A stretch of DNA of 64,000 nt from Epiperipatus broadwayi (lineage: Eukaryota; Animalia; Onychophora). Where the stretch lies: contig JAQFVV010000009.1 of NCBI GenBank assembly GCA_028023455.1, forward strand, positions 15,252,001 through 15,316,000, written 5' to 3'. The translations under genes were made by a program, and so were the position numbers. Positions 42,705 through 53,960 of the stretch are shown here, piece by piece (the first letter of the stretch is position 1; each line of letters begins with the position of its first letter). The notes beneath the pieces are model-generated. The model was not told the origin of the DNA. It did no database searches and saw nothing but the letters and a program-made list of their open reading frames with translations.

Positions 42705-43201
42705 CAGGGGTGGGCAAGTAGCGGCCTGGGGACTACATGTGGCTCGCTAAGAGTTTGTATGCGGCCCACCAAGACAATCAGAAAAATCCATCTTGGATTG
42801 AGATTTTCTTTCCATTGCCTGACCTAATATCCACCTCACATTTTCAACTAGGATGGCCACATCAATACTCATGCACAGTATAGATACGATGTGCAGTGCT
42901 TTTCCAATTTGATCTGATTAATTTCAATTTTGTCTTTGCATTAGCAAATATATATATTTCCAACTTTAGTGAAACCATGAATGCTCCAAAAAAAATGTAA
43001 AATCAGTAATGAATGTCATGTGTTTAATGAAGAAAGGACAAACAAATATTTCTTTGGTAAAACAGGGAATAAAGCAGTGTGTTTATTATGTCATGAGAAA
43101 AGATGTGACCCTCCATTAACCTTTGCTTCTACAAAGTGGTCCCCGATTCAGCCCTCCACCAATCTATGCGGCTCCCGATCCAAAACAATTGCCCACCCCT
43201 G
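42705..43201 (+). mobile_element. Non-autonomous hAT (Buster-type) deletion derivative nested in the family A element
   Basis: Perfect 13-bp TIRs CAGGGGTGGGCAA / TTGCCCACCCCTG. Perfect TSD atttaata (42697-42704 / 43202-43209). Retains a transposase N-terminus (KKCKISNECHVFNEE...KYFF...KAVCLLC). Confidence 0.95.
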
Positions 43202-43665
43202 ATTTAATACACATAGAAGGGATGGGCAGACACCTCTACTTATGTAATAGCTGAAACACACAGGCTTGTATATACCTTTGTCTATATATGTAATATATAG
43301 GGTATATGAGCACAGACTTTCACATGACCCACCACTCTCCACACTACATATATAGACACGGGTATAAGCCTGTGTGTTTCAGCTATTACATAAGTAGAGA
43401 TGTCTGCCCATCCCTTCCATGTTTATTAAATGGATTATGTCCTGTACATGAGGGGTCAGATTGACCTTAGATCAACATGGGTGTAACAAGAATCTCGGTC
43501 TCAGGGTGGCCTTTGAGCATTCCATCATCAGATTTTCAGTTGGATGGATGGTTGAAGAGTTGGAGTGGGGAGTAGATTGAAGCCTGTCCATTAAAGTATG
43601 AGGTTTGGCTATCTTAATAAATATCTGATCACTTATAGCATATATGTGTAGAGATGGTAATCTGG

Positions 43666-43709
43666 ACCAACTGATGATTACTGGTTTAGCATGAAATACA
43701 TATATTGGT
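43666..43709 (+). ncRNA. Minimal type I hammerhead ribozyme, family A (stem II mismatch)
   Basis: accaa-CTGATGA-ttact ggttt agcat-GAAA-t acat a-TA-ttggt. Confidence 0.78.
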
Positions 43710-44142
43710 GATTATTTATCTTTTCAACATATGTGTGTTAGAGTGTATCAGTGTTATGAGATAGTGTGGAGAGTGGTGAATCATGTGAAAGTCTGTGCTC
43801 ATATACCCTATATATTACATATATAGACACAGGTATATATATAAGCCTGTGTGTTTCAGCTATTACATAAGTAGAGGTGTCTGTCCATCCCTTCTATGTG
43901 TATTAAATGGATTATGTCCTGTATATGAGGGGTCAGATTGACCTTAGATCAACATCGGTGTGACAAGAATCTCGGTCTCAGGGTGGCCTTTGAGCATTCC
44001 ATCATCAGATTTTCAGTTGGATGGACGGTTGAAGAGTAGGAGTGTGGAATAGATTGAAGCCTGTCCATTAAAGTATGAGGTTTGGCTATCTTAATACATA
44101 TTTGAACCCTTATAGCATATACGTGTAGAGATGGTAATCTGG

Positions 44143-44186
44143 ACCAACTGATGATTGCTGGTTTAGCATGAAATACGTATATTGGT
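44143..44186 (+). ncRNA. Minimal type I hammerhead ribozyme, family A (best copy; AUA triplet, predicted cleavage after 44181)
   Basis: accaa-CTGATGA-ttgct ggttt agcat-GAAA-t acgt a-TA-ttggt, with palindromic AUACGUAU stem III. Confidence 0.85.
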
Positions 44187-45184
44187 GATTATTTATCTTT
44201 TCAACAAATGTGTGTTCGAGTGTATCAGTGTTACGAGATAGTGTGGAGAGTGGTGGGTCATGTGAAAGTCTGTGCTCATATACCCTATATATTCTTCAGT
44301 TAAGGAAATTATAGAGGCTTTTTGTTATTTAAATTTTCCTGCATTGTTTTACATTATATATATATATGAACAAACATATGAAATACTGTAGAAGTAAATT
44401 ATTCTTCACACTTGTTATTGATTTAACCTAAATTTTTTCGGATTAATTAATTATACTTAATAAAAGTTCGGATTACTTAAATAAATATAATTTAATTTTG
44501 TTTATCCCCTTAGAAAAGAAACTTTTCTAATATGACCTTCACAGTCAGCTTTATTACTCAGGTCTCTCGAACATCTAAGTTTCTCTCAATAACGTCAACA
44601 CTGTCTGCTTAAAATTACTTGGATATATCAAAAAAATTCTTCTTATAAACAAACAATTTTATGGCAAACAAGTATTTTCTTCTAAGTTTAACGCTGTCAT
44701 TCAGCCAATTTAAATTCCATCATCTTTTTACAAACCAAGAACAAAAATTGGGAGGAGGGTAAAATTAACTAAAATAGATTTGGTGTGCCTATTTTAATTT
44801 CTAGGCACGAGTTTTCACGTCAGTCTGGAACAAGGACAGTTAACAAGACAACATTGCCACTTTAATCACATTACACTGTGCAGTTCAGTAACTATGGTAA
44901 CTCTCTTGTTAGCAGCTTGAAAAGTTCTCAAGCACAAACAAACAAAATAAAAAAAAAAAGCTCTCATTGCTGCAAACTCCAAAGATTTCGAACAAGAATC
45001 CAGGAGGATTTCTTTATAAAGATAGAGAGAAGTAAGTGAAGTGAAACAAATAAGACTGCTGACAATTCAATTCTGACAAGAAACATGTCTTGAATAGAAA
45101 GTGTATCTGCTGAGAAAGATCTTCAAACTAGGAATTTTTAACCCTTTTAGGATGACAATCGCTGAAATTTACAACTTTAAAGTA

Positions 45185-45688
45185 GTAGCTGAAACACACA
45201 GGCTTATATATACCTGTGTCTATATATGTAATATATAGGGTATATGAGCACAGACTTTCACATGACCCACCACTCTCCACACTATCTCATAACACTGATA
45301 CACTCGAACACATATATGTTGAAAAGATAAATAATCACCTTAGGTCAACATGGGTGTCACAAGAATCTCGGCCTTAGGGTGGCCTTTGAGCATTCCATCA
45401 TCAGATTTTCAATTGGATGGACGGTTGAAGAGTTGGAGTGTGGAGTAGATTGAAGACTGTCCATTAAAGTATGAGGTTTGGCTATCTTAATATATATCTG
45501 AGCACTTATAGCATATATGTGTAGAGATGGTAATCTGGACCAACTGATGATTGCTGGTTTAGCATGAAATACGAATATTGGTGATTATTTATCTTTTCAA
45601 TATATATGTGTTTGAGTGCATCAGTGTCATGAGATAGTGTGGAGAGTGGTGGGTCATGTGAAAGTCTGTGCTCATATACCCTATATAT
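45185..45688 (+). mobile_element. Second family A insertion: inverted head (45185-45338) plus partial direct monomer
   Basis: 12-bp TSD aactttaaagta (45173-45184 / 45689-45700). Same outer termini as 42273-44289. Confidence 0.92.
45539..45582 (+). ncRNA. Minimal type I hammerhead ribozyme, family A
   Basis: accaa-CTGATGA-ttgct ggttt agcat-GAAA-t acga a-TA-ttggt. Confidence 0.82.
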
Positions 45689-46475
45689 AACTTTAAAGTA
45701 TTATAGTTTAATATCCCAACAAATATTAAAGCTTCAGTTGCTCAAATGCACATATTTGTGTATATAAAATAATTAAAATCATTTTTGAGGCTGGCTATTT
45801 TGAAATACGGACTCTAATATATTTATTTCACAGAAAGCAGTGCTGAATTTCTTACCATAGGGGGAGATTTAATATTTTGTACAATAATTAGTACATCTAT
45901 TAGTCAAGATCATAAACCAGCATTCAAATCTGCACGCAAACTGGATTTTTTTTTCAAGTAGCTAACACACACACACACCTTAACTAGTCACAACAATACT
46001 GATTGGAAATGAGTAATTAACTATCCTAGATAGTAGATAAAATCAAGATGAAAAAATATTAAAAACTTTCGCCATCAAACAATTCGCAAGCCTGGTAGTA
46101 TTTTCTACTTTAATCTCTTATATAAGATAGAGGGACTGTTGGAAAGACTACTCAATGAATATTTTTGCCTTAAATGTATAAAAATATATAACTTTCTAGA
46201 TATGTTTTATTTGTGAAGTTACCAATAATTAAAAAATAATGTGTTGCTTGTCATTTTTAATCAATAAATGTATCTAATAATATAAAAAAAAATCACTGTG
46301 AAAGTTAACATTTACTACGCTTATGTGTACAAAAACCTTCATAATTATCTTCATTAAAACTATTAATAAATAAATTCAGTAAATTTATATATGCTAATAT
46401 AATAACAAACTAGATATTTTTAATATTAATATTAAATAAACAATCAAATGGTTTGCTTGGAAATTTCTAAGAAAT

Positions 46476-46596
46476 TCAAGCTCCTTTAATGTGAGAACTG
46501 TAATCAATCCGAGCAGCTTTTGCCCTAGAGCCTGACCCTCTATCCCGCATTAAACCACGAAAGGCAATATTAATATTTATGACTTTTTTACAATCA
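46476..46596 (-). CDS. Candidate terminal coding exon, unidentified
   Basis: After a possible AG acceptor the frame reads DCKKVININIAFRGLMRDRGSGSRAKAARIDYSSHIKGA*. CpG and GC are higher than in the flanks. No homology recognised. Confidence 0.22.
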
Positions 46597-49500
46597 CTAA
46601 TTTCAAGAGTTTTAATAATCCATTTCAGCTGTTTACTTCCTTAATAATATTATTATTATTTCAAAACTTGAATAAATATTTACAATTTTTAAAAAACTTT
46701 TATATAGAGAGGCAGTCAATATAAGCCCAAAATCAAATATTTTGTTTTAAAATATAAAGATAGCAATATTTTTAAAAAAAATAAATAAAATAAAATCTTT
46801 TAATATAAACTACTTGATATACTCCTAAAAAAAACAAGAAACAAACTGTATGTCAAATAAAATTAAAAGGTTTCAGCAGTATTGCACTATATTTATAAAA
46901 AGGAAAGTTCAAAAGAGTAATTTTTCCCCCCCACTATTAAAAATTCTAAGTGCCCAAATTTTCTATTATACAGAGCCTAATAAAAATTTACTTGTATAAA
47001 GTAAAAATTAAATCATTTCTTGCTGTCTCTCTCTTTTTTTTTTTAATATTATAATTTGTTTATTATCAAACAATAAGGTTTTAACAAACAATAGCACTGA
47101 AAACTTAAAATAACTTTAAAATATATTTAATTATTATGATTCACAATGATAAAAAAACATTTTTCAAACATATTATTCGTGGAATTGATTATACCTATTA
47201 CAACGATGATCAAAATAAAAACTTAAATTTATAATTGAAAATGTCTTATTGGAATTGTAGTGTGTTAAAAAATTAAATAACATTTTAAATCAAGATTATG
47301 GAGATTCATAACACAGAGCATTAACAGTATGAAAGGAATGTAAGAAGGATAAACAAGACAGAGTGTTTATAACTTCAGACTTAGGACCACTAAAAAAAAA
47401 AAAACTAAAGCTGGATAAATAGATCTGTATATTCAATGGCATAATCTGAAAATAATAATAATAACAATAATTATGATGATGACAGAGATATAAGAGATTA
47501 AAAATATAAGACAAAACAATTTTAACATAAGACAATGATTTCTGCAAGTCATAGTAGTAACTCAAGCTGTTTATAGATAAGCATAATAGCAGATAGCAGG
47601 CCAAATAATCTCTAAATTAGTTTCTAGTTACCTTCATCAATAATGATCAGGGGATTAAAAATATCTACAAAGTAATCATTTTTATTTCAGTTCTGCTATT
47701 CAAATTATTGTCTTAAAAATTTCAAGTACTCTAAAGGTTTGAATCCAAATCAATCTGCTTACTCAGTGTATGCTAACTTATTCTTTGACAAATACATCTA
47801 CAGTATCTACAATGATCCACTAAAAAAATCATTCTATTCTAAAATAGCTATGTAACCATTAGTATCATAGTGCCAAACAGATCCCAAGACTAATTTCTAG
47901 ATTATAGTCAGTGCATTATCTATTTATATATGTATGAGGTTAAGCCAGTAATTATATATTAGCAATTTCAATTATATACTAACTGTAATCATTTTCTTCT
48001 ACTCTTCAGCAAAAGTATAACCAAAGGAAGTAATTACATGCCATTCTCAATCTTGTCAGATAAATAATTGATTACAGGAATAAAAATCTATCATTCATTT
48101 TTTATTTTAAAAAAATTATCATTATATTTTATACCTTGGTACATATTCATACAAGCCAGATCATTAATGGCAAACAGTGTAAAAAACTTTGCTTATGTGT
48201 TTGCTTTAGCAAACAATAGTCAATAAGCAAAACAATTTTAAAACATGGGCATTCTGATAAATTGTGCAGATAAAAAGTTGCCATCAAAACTCTAAATATA
48301 TTATGCTAAATTATTAGTATTCTATTCACAGTGATCTACAACAATATTATTTAACTTAAATATATTATTTTTATGATTGAGATCTTGTTAAAAATAGTAA
48401 ATCTTTAAAATACTACTATCATAATAATAAGAGATTCAACAGGCCAGAAATCATTAATTATAATTTGAACACAGACTGCACATTTTTAATAATCTTCACA
48501 ATTTTCCCAAGATGATTTATAATTGTTAGATAATACTAATAAGAGATGACATGTTTTTCATGAGTTTATGATGAAGAGATTTAGAAAATATAATTTAAAA
48601 AATGGCTATGCTACATAATTCTAATTTTGATGTGAAGACTAAGGAATATTTATAGGGTAGGCAAACAATCAATACACAATAGCACTTCATACTAATGTTT
48701 GTTTACGTAGCATACATATTATTTTGACAGGCTATGATTCACACTATTTTTTTCTATTGAAATATCATAGTGTTTACAGAATTCATATAAACCTCTGGTA
48801 ATATTATATATTTTATATATAATATTTTTATAAACTAATTAAATAGTATTCATCTAGTATTTATGATGAAAAGTATTTTTACTATATTTTTTCTTAATTT
48901 CATTCTAATTAGAGCAATTAATATAATCCTTTTCTAGAACAACTAAGTCCAAAAATGTTACTGCAATAATTAACAAGTCAGATTCTCAAAGAACTATTAA
49001 TATAACTTGCAAATAATGCCCACTTTCTTGTATCTATGTCAATATTAGTTACATAATGATGTGAATTATTGTACTAACAGTTTTGGATTTAGTTCCTTGA
49101 ATAGATTTATATTATTAGTGTTATATTTGCTAAGCCATAATTTATATATGAGCTTGTTAAAATTATTAAAAATTAGCATTTAATATAAACAGAAATTGGG
49201 CAAAACATTTTTATAAATTAATTTTACTTCTTTGTCTTATGTTTAAAAATAAAATAAATAACTTTTCATTCCTTAATGAAAAATGATTTGAACAATAATT
49301 TAATTTTATGAAACAAAAAAATATTTTTTTTTTGTAAAAAATGTTTTCAATATGGTAATGTTCTATAAATATGAATATTCAAAGAAGATGCTCTTAAATA
49401 CATCACAGTGGTAAATCATGTTATGCAGAAAGTTATAGAACAGTCCACACTAATTTTTTGTAATATTAATGTTTATTTTTTTAATTTCTTTTAATTTTGC

Positions 49501-49784
49501 TTATAAATGTTTAATTTATTGTGTTAGTGCTTTTAATGCAGACTTGTTTTTCATTTTCTATTAAAAAAATCTGTGTTTTCTGAAAACATAAAAAATATTT
49601 TAGCTAAATTTATATATATTTAAAAACAATATAAAATAAAATTTAAAATAATAATGATGTCCATTGAAGTTACTGTTTTTCCATTTATATTCATCTTTAT
49701 TATAGCACAAATGCAGTATATATTTTACATGAATAAATTTGTGAGCTTTAATTATCTATAGTAATACCAAAGTGTCCTGGTGAG

Positions 49785-52673
49785 CAGGGCTGGCACTAGA
49801 GACCTGCAACTGAAACTGAAACATGCCATGTAATGAAAACATTTTTATGACATATCAAAAATGCACTTATTTAAAACATGCTTAAAAATATACTGGTCAC
49901 TATCTACATAAATCACTGCATTTACTATTTTACAATTTTTACATACTTAAGTTGCACATTTTTGTAATGGTAAGTTATCATTTTTATTTAACCCATTAAT
50001 ATTTAACATAAAAATAATGATAGTTTCTACTTTGTCTCTTGAAAATTTCAGAAAATGAATTTTGAAAAAAATCTTGTTACCAGAACCAAACAAAATAACT
50101 GCAAAAATTAATAATATAAGATCATATTTTATCTAGATATATTAAAAGTTCAGAAATCAATCATGAATCCCAAAATATATTGTTGTCAATGAAGAAATCA
50201 AAAAGTGCAAAAAATGATGGCATTATGTTAATCAATATTGAAATACAATTTAAAGAAATGTATGTCCAGGCAAATAATGAAGTGTCTGTCTTCTTCAACT
50301 TAGTCAAGTAGACGATATGAATTCTTCCACATTAATTTTTTAAGTGACCTCAAATTACTGACAAAGTAAAAATTATTATAATAGAAGCTGGTTCAACTAA
50401 AGTTACAAGTTTTTGTACCCAAATGATATTAATGGACACAAATTTATTAATGCATATTATTTTCAGAAAGAGAAGAGAATAATGTCAGTTAAGATCATAG
50501 CTGGTATATTCTGTTTTCATAGATGCAATGTTCTGCCTTTGCTGTAAGCTATTTACAACAGACTCAAAACATCATAAATCCATTTGTATCATCTGATTAC
50601 AAGAACTGGTAGCAAAAGCAGTGCATACATATGACCTTGATTCTTTAAAAAAAATTAAGTTATAGTGTGAATTTAAAACTAATTTGAAAATTAAAATAAG
50701 CTTGATTTCAAACTCTGTGAATTAGAAAGAAAAAAACATTGGAAAGATGTTCTTGGCGCTAATGATTATCTTTTAGAAGATCATATACACACTTTTTAAA
50801 TGTGATAATAGAACTTTTTTAAAATTGGAGAAGATTAAAAAAAGAATGTAAAGCTTAATAAAAGAATAAATATATTTAAAATGAAATTATACTTCATTTA
50901 AAAATATTAAAAGTTAGAAAATTAAAATATTTTTCTATCATGTTAAATTCTATTCCAAGCATAAAAGCTGAACAAATGATACTACAATTATTGTGCTTAG
51001 TGTTCTATAAAGAAAATAATATGGAAATAGAAAAAACATTTTTTTATCATTTTCAGATAATCATGACATCTTGTGATATTGTAGTTAATAAATGACAAGA
51101 ATGGAAACTTGGAATAGGCAACATAAAGAGGCAAGATTACAATAATAGTTACAAAAATGAAGGGAAAAGAGTGAATGATAAAAATTATTTTTTGTAAGAA
51201 TCCTTGTGTTTTTACGTGCCTTGAATTGCATATAGTTTAAATTTAGAAATTAATGATATCACAAAAGTCAATTCATATACAAATGTTCAAGTTATTTATA
51301 ATTTTTTTGCATTTTTAAATCATTAGTTCATTCTAATATATATATATAACCCAATTTAAACCTTTGTCAAACACATGCCTGGAAGAATCAAATTGATGTG
51401 CTATATCCACTTTGGCATGATATTGGTCAAACATATGACAGTCTTTATGAATTATCAACTGACAAAGAATATGGTAAGAAAACAAAATTGAATCACAAAT
51501 GTTTTGATCAAAATCCAAAGATTTTCAACTTTTAGGTTCTCTATTTTTGTGGTACAATCTTTTGAATCACACAGAAAGGGATAACTTTTAAAATATATAA
51601 TAAAATTTTATAATGATTTTACGAAAATGTTGTGTTTGTATTTAAATCAATTGAAAATTTCAAAACAATTATTTCTTGCTAAGAAATTGATGTTTATTAC
51701 AAATTTTTATTCAAACCAGCAGATGAGCTTTTTAAAGCAATTAATAAAAAAATAATATTCAAACTAATCTCAACAATTAATCTGACAATAAAAAAGTATA
51801 TAATTTTGACATGAACAGAATAATAAGCTGTATAATTCGACTAAGAATAGGTTTCAAATATTATTTGTTTATATTGTTTAAGATGTTATCCAAAGATATT
51901 TGGATGACAAATTTGTGTTATTGCAACACCATAATAATTATTTTTAGTTTGTATATAACATGTATCAATTAGTATCAATGGATAAAGAAGTAAATTTACA
52001 GTACTATAATTAATTAGAACTCCATCTTACAAATAGTAGTAACAAAGGCATTAACATACCAAATTTTATAATAAACTTTGTGCTTTTAAAACTGTATACA
52101 AAAACAAAATTAACAGTTAATTTCTTGCATATATTAAAAATTTTACAAGCAAATACTTTGTCAATTTCATTAAAAATATTCTTAACAATTCTTTTAAGTG
52201 TAATCAGTGATAAGTATTCTTTTTAGTGCTTAAAAATAATAAAAAATTATTTACAATTTTCATTCTCACAAGAAAGATTAAGTAATTTATCTTTTATGGC
52301 TATTGAACATGGGGTATGTTCAAAGATAAATGGAAGCACCTAATTTCAAAGTTGCTAGGATAAAAGTTATAGAAAAATAAACAAATAATTCATATTAATT
52401 TGTATAAACTATTCATAGATTAAATACACTTTTTTTTTGCTTATGTAATGGACCTGTACTTTTGATGTTTATTATTTTGTAATGAGATTATAATAATTGT
52501 TTTCTTATTTTTTGTAATATTATTTTGAATTTTTAAGTACATAAATTAATAAAGATTCTATGTAGTTATATATTTATTTGATTATTTAACCTTTATATAC
52601 AGAAAAAAAAAAGGGGGGGGTGCTTCATATTATAGGTGTATGTAATTTCTAAAGATCCTAGCACCAGCTCCTG
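49785..52673 (+). mobile_element. Old hAT transposon relic (ZMYM1-like transposase)
   Basis: TIR-like ends cagggctggcactag / ctagcaccagctcctg. Broken frames give EKKHWKDVL, RGQDYNN...PCVFYVP, and LKIIKNYL...SQERLSNLSFMAIEH (hAT dimerisation domain). Confidence 0.75.
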
Positions 52674-53960
52674 CTTAGATCTTTGGAAGCACAGTGGTTA
52701 CACAACAGAAGTGCTATGAAGTATCTCACAAGCTGCAAGGAAAAAATTAAGACTTTTAACCATTCTGACTGCCACTTTATGCATTTATAAATGAAATAAA
52801 AACATCCAATTGACTTAATGACTAATTTCATTTAGTGATAGAAATCCAATTCCCCTTTTGTAATATTAATAATGATGATGTTTGGTAAAAAAATAAAAAA
52901 AATAAAGCACTATTGTAGTGGAAATTTATCTCATAAGACATCATGTATCAAAACAAAATAACACAACTTTAGTTCACATTTTATTTTACTTTGACACATG
53001 ATATCTTATGAGATAAATTTCCACTACAATAGTGCTTCATTTATTTTTTATTTTTTACCAAACATCATCATTATTAATATAACAAAAGAGGAACTGAATT
53101 TCTATCACTAAATGAAATTATTCGCTAAATCAATTGAATATTGTTATTTCATTTATAAATGCATAAAGTGACAGTCAGAATGGCCAAAAGTCTTTTAATT
53201 TTTTCCTTACAGCTTGTGAATACTTCATTGCACTGCTGTTGTGCAACCACTGTGCTTCCAAAGACTCAAGCAGCAGAGTTAGTGCTAGTATCTTTAGCAA
53301 TTGCCTGTACCTATAACATGACCCCCCCCTCTTTTCTGGACATAAAGGTTAAATAATCAAATAAATATATAACTACATAGAATCTTTATTAATTTAGTAG
53401 TTAAAAATTCAAAAAAAGAAACTATAATATTACAAAAATAACAAAACAATTATTACAATCTCATTACAAAAGAATAAACATCAAATGTACAAATAAATTA
53501 CATAAACACAAATAAAAAAATACATCTAATCTATGAATATTTAATATAAATAATATAATTCATTTATTTATTTTTATGCTAACGAACTTTGAAATTAGGA
53601 GCTTCTATTTATTTATAAACATACATCATGATCTATAGCAATAAGAGATAAATTACTTAATCTTTCTTGTGAGGCTGAAAACTGTAAATATTTTTTTTTG
53701 TATCTTTAAGCACTAAAATGAATGTTCACCATTGACTACACTTAAGAGAATTGTTAACAATATTTTTGATGAAATCGACAAATTTGGGTATTTTCTTGTA
53801 AAATTTTTAGTATATCAAAAAAGTTAACTGTTAATTTTGATTTTGCATAAATTTTTAAAAGCATAAAATTCATTATAGAATTTGGTATGTTAATGCCTTT
53901 ATTACTACCATCTATAAGATGGAATTCTAAATCATCACAATGCTGTAAATTTACTTAAAG
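51985..53960. repeat. ~1-kb-arm diverged inverted duplication (spacer 52962-52980)
   Basis: gcactattgtagtggaaatttatctcataaga / tcttatgagataaatttccactacaatagtgc near the centre. The mirror continues out to gtaaatttacag / ctgtaaatttac. Confidence 0.85.

Larger units (their letters stand above)
42273..44289 (+). mobile_element. Hammerhead-bearing retroelement, family A: ~1.2 inverted monomers (42273-43346) plus 2 direct monomers (43347-44289), period 477 nt
   Basis: 14-bp TSD tattcttcagttaa (42259-42272 / 44290-44303). ataagcctgtgtgtttcagc at 43364 and 43841. CTGATGA at 43671 and 44148. No ORF seen. Confidence 0.92.

Noticed and set aside
42273-45688. CRISPR array or LTR retrotransposon interpretation of the repeats
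   Set aside because: No repeat-spacer alternation and no TG...CA ends, PBS or PPT. The context is eukaryotic and the monomers are full head-to-tail copies.
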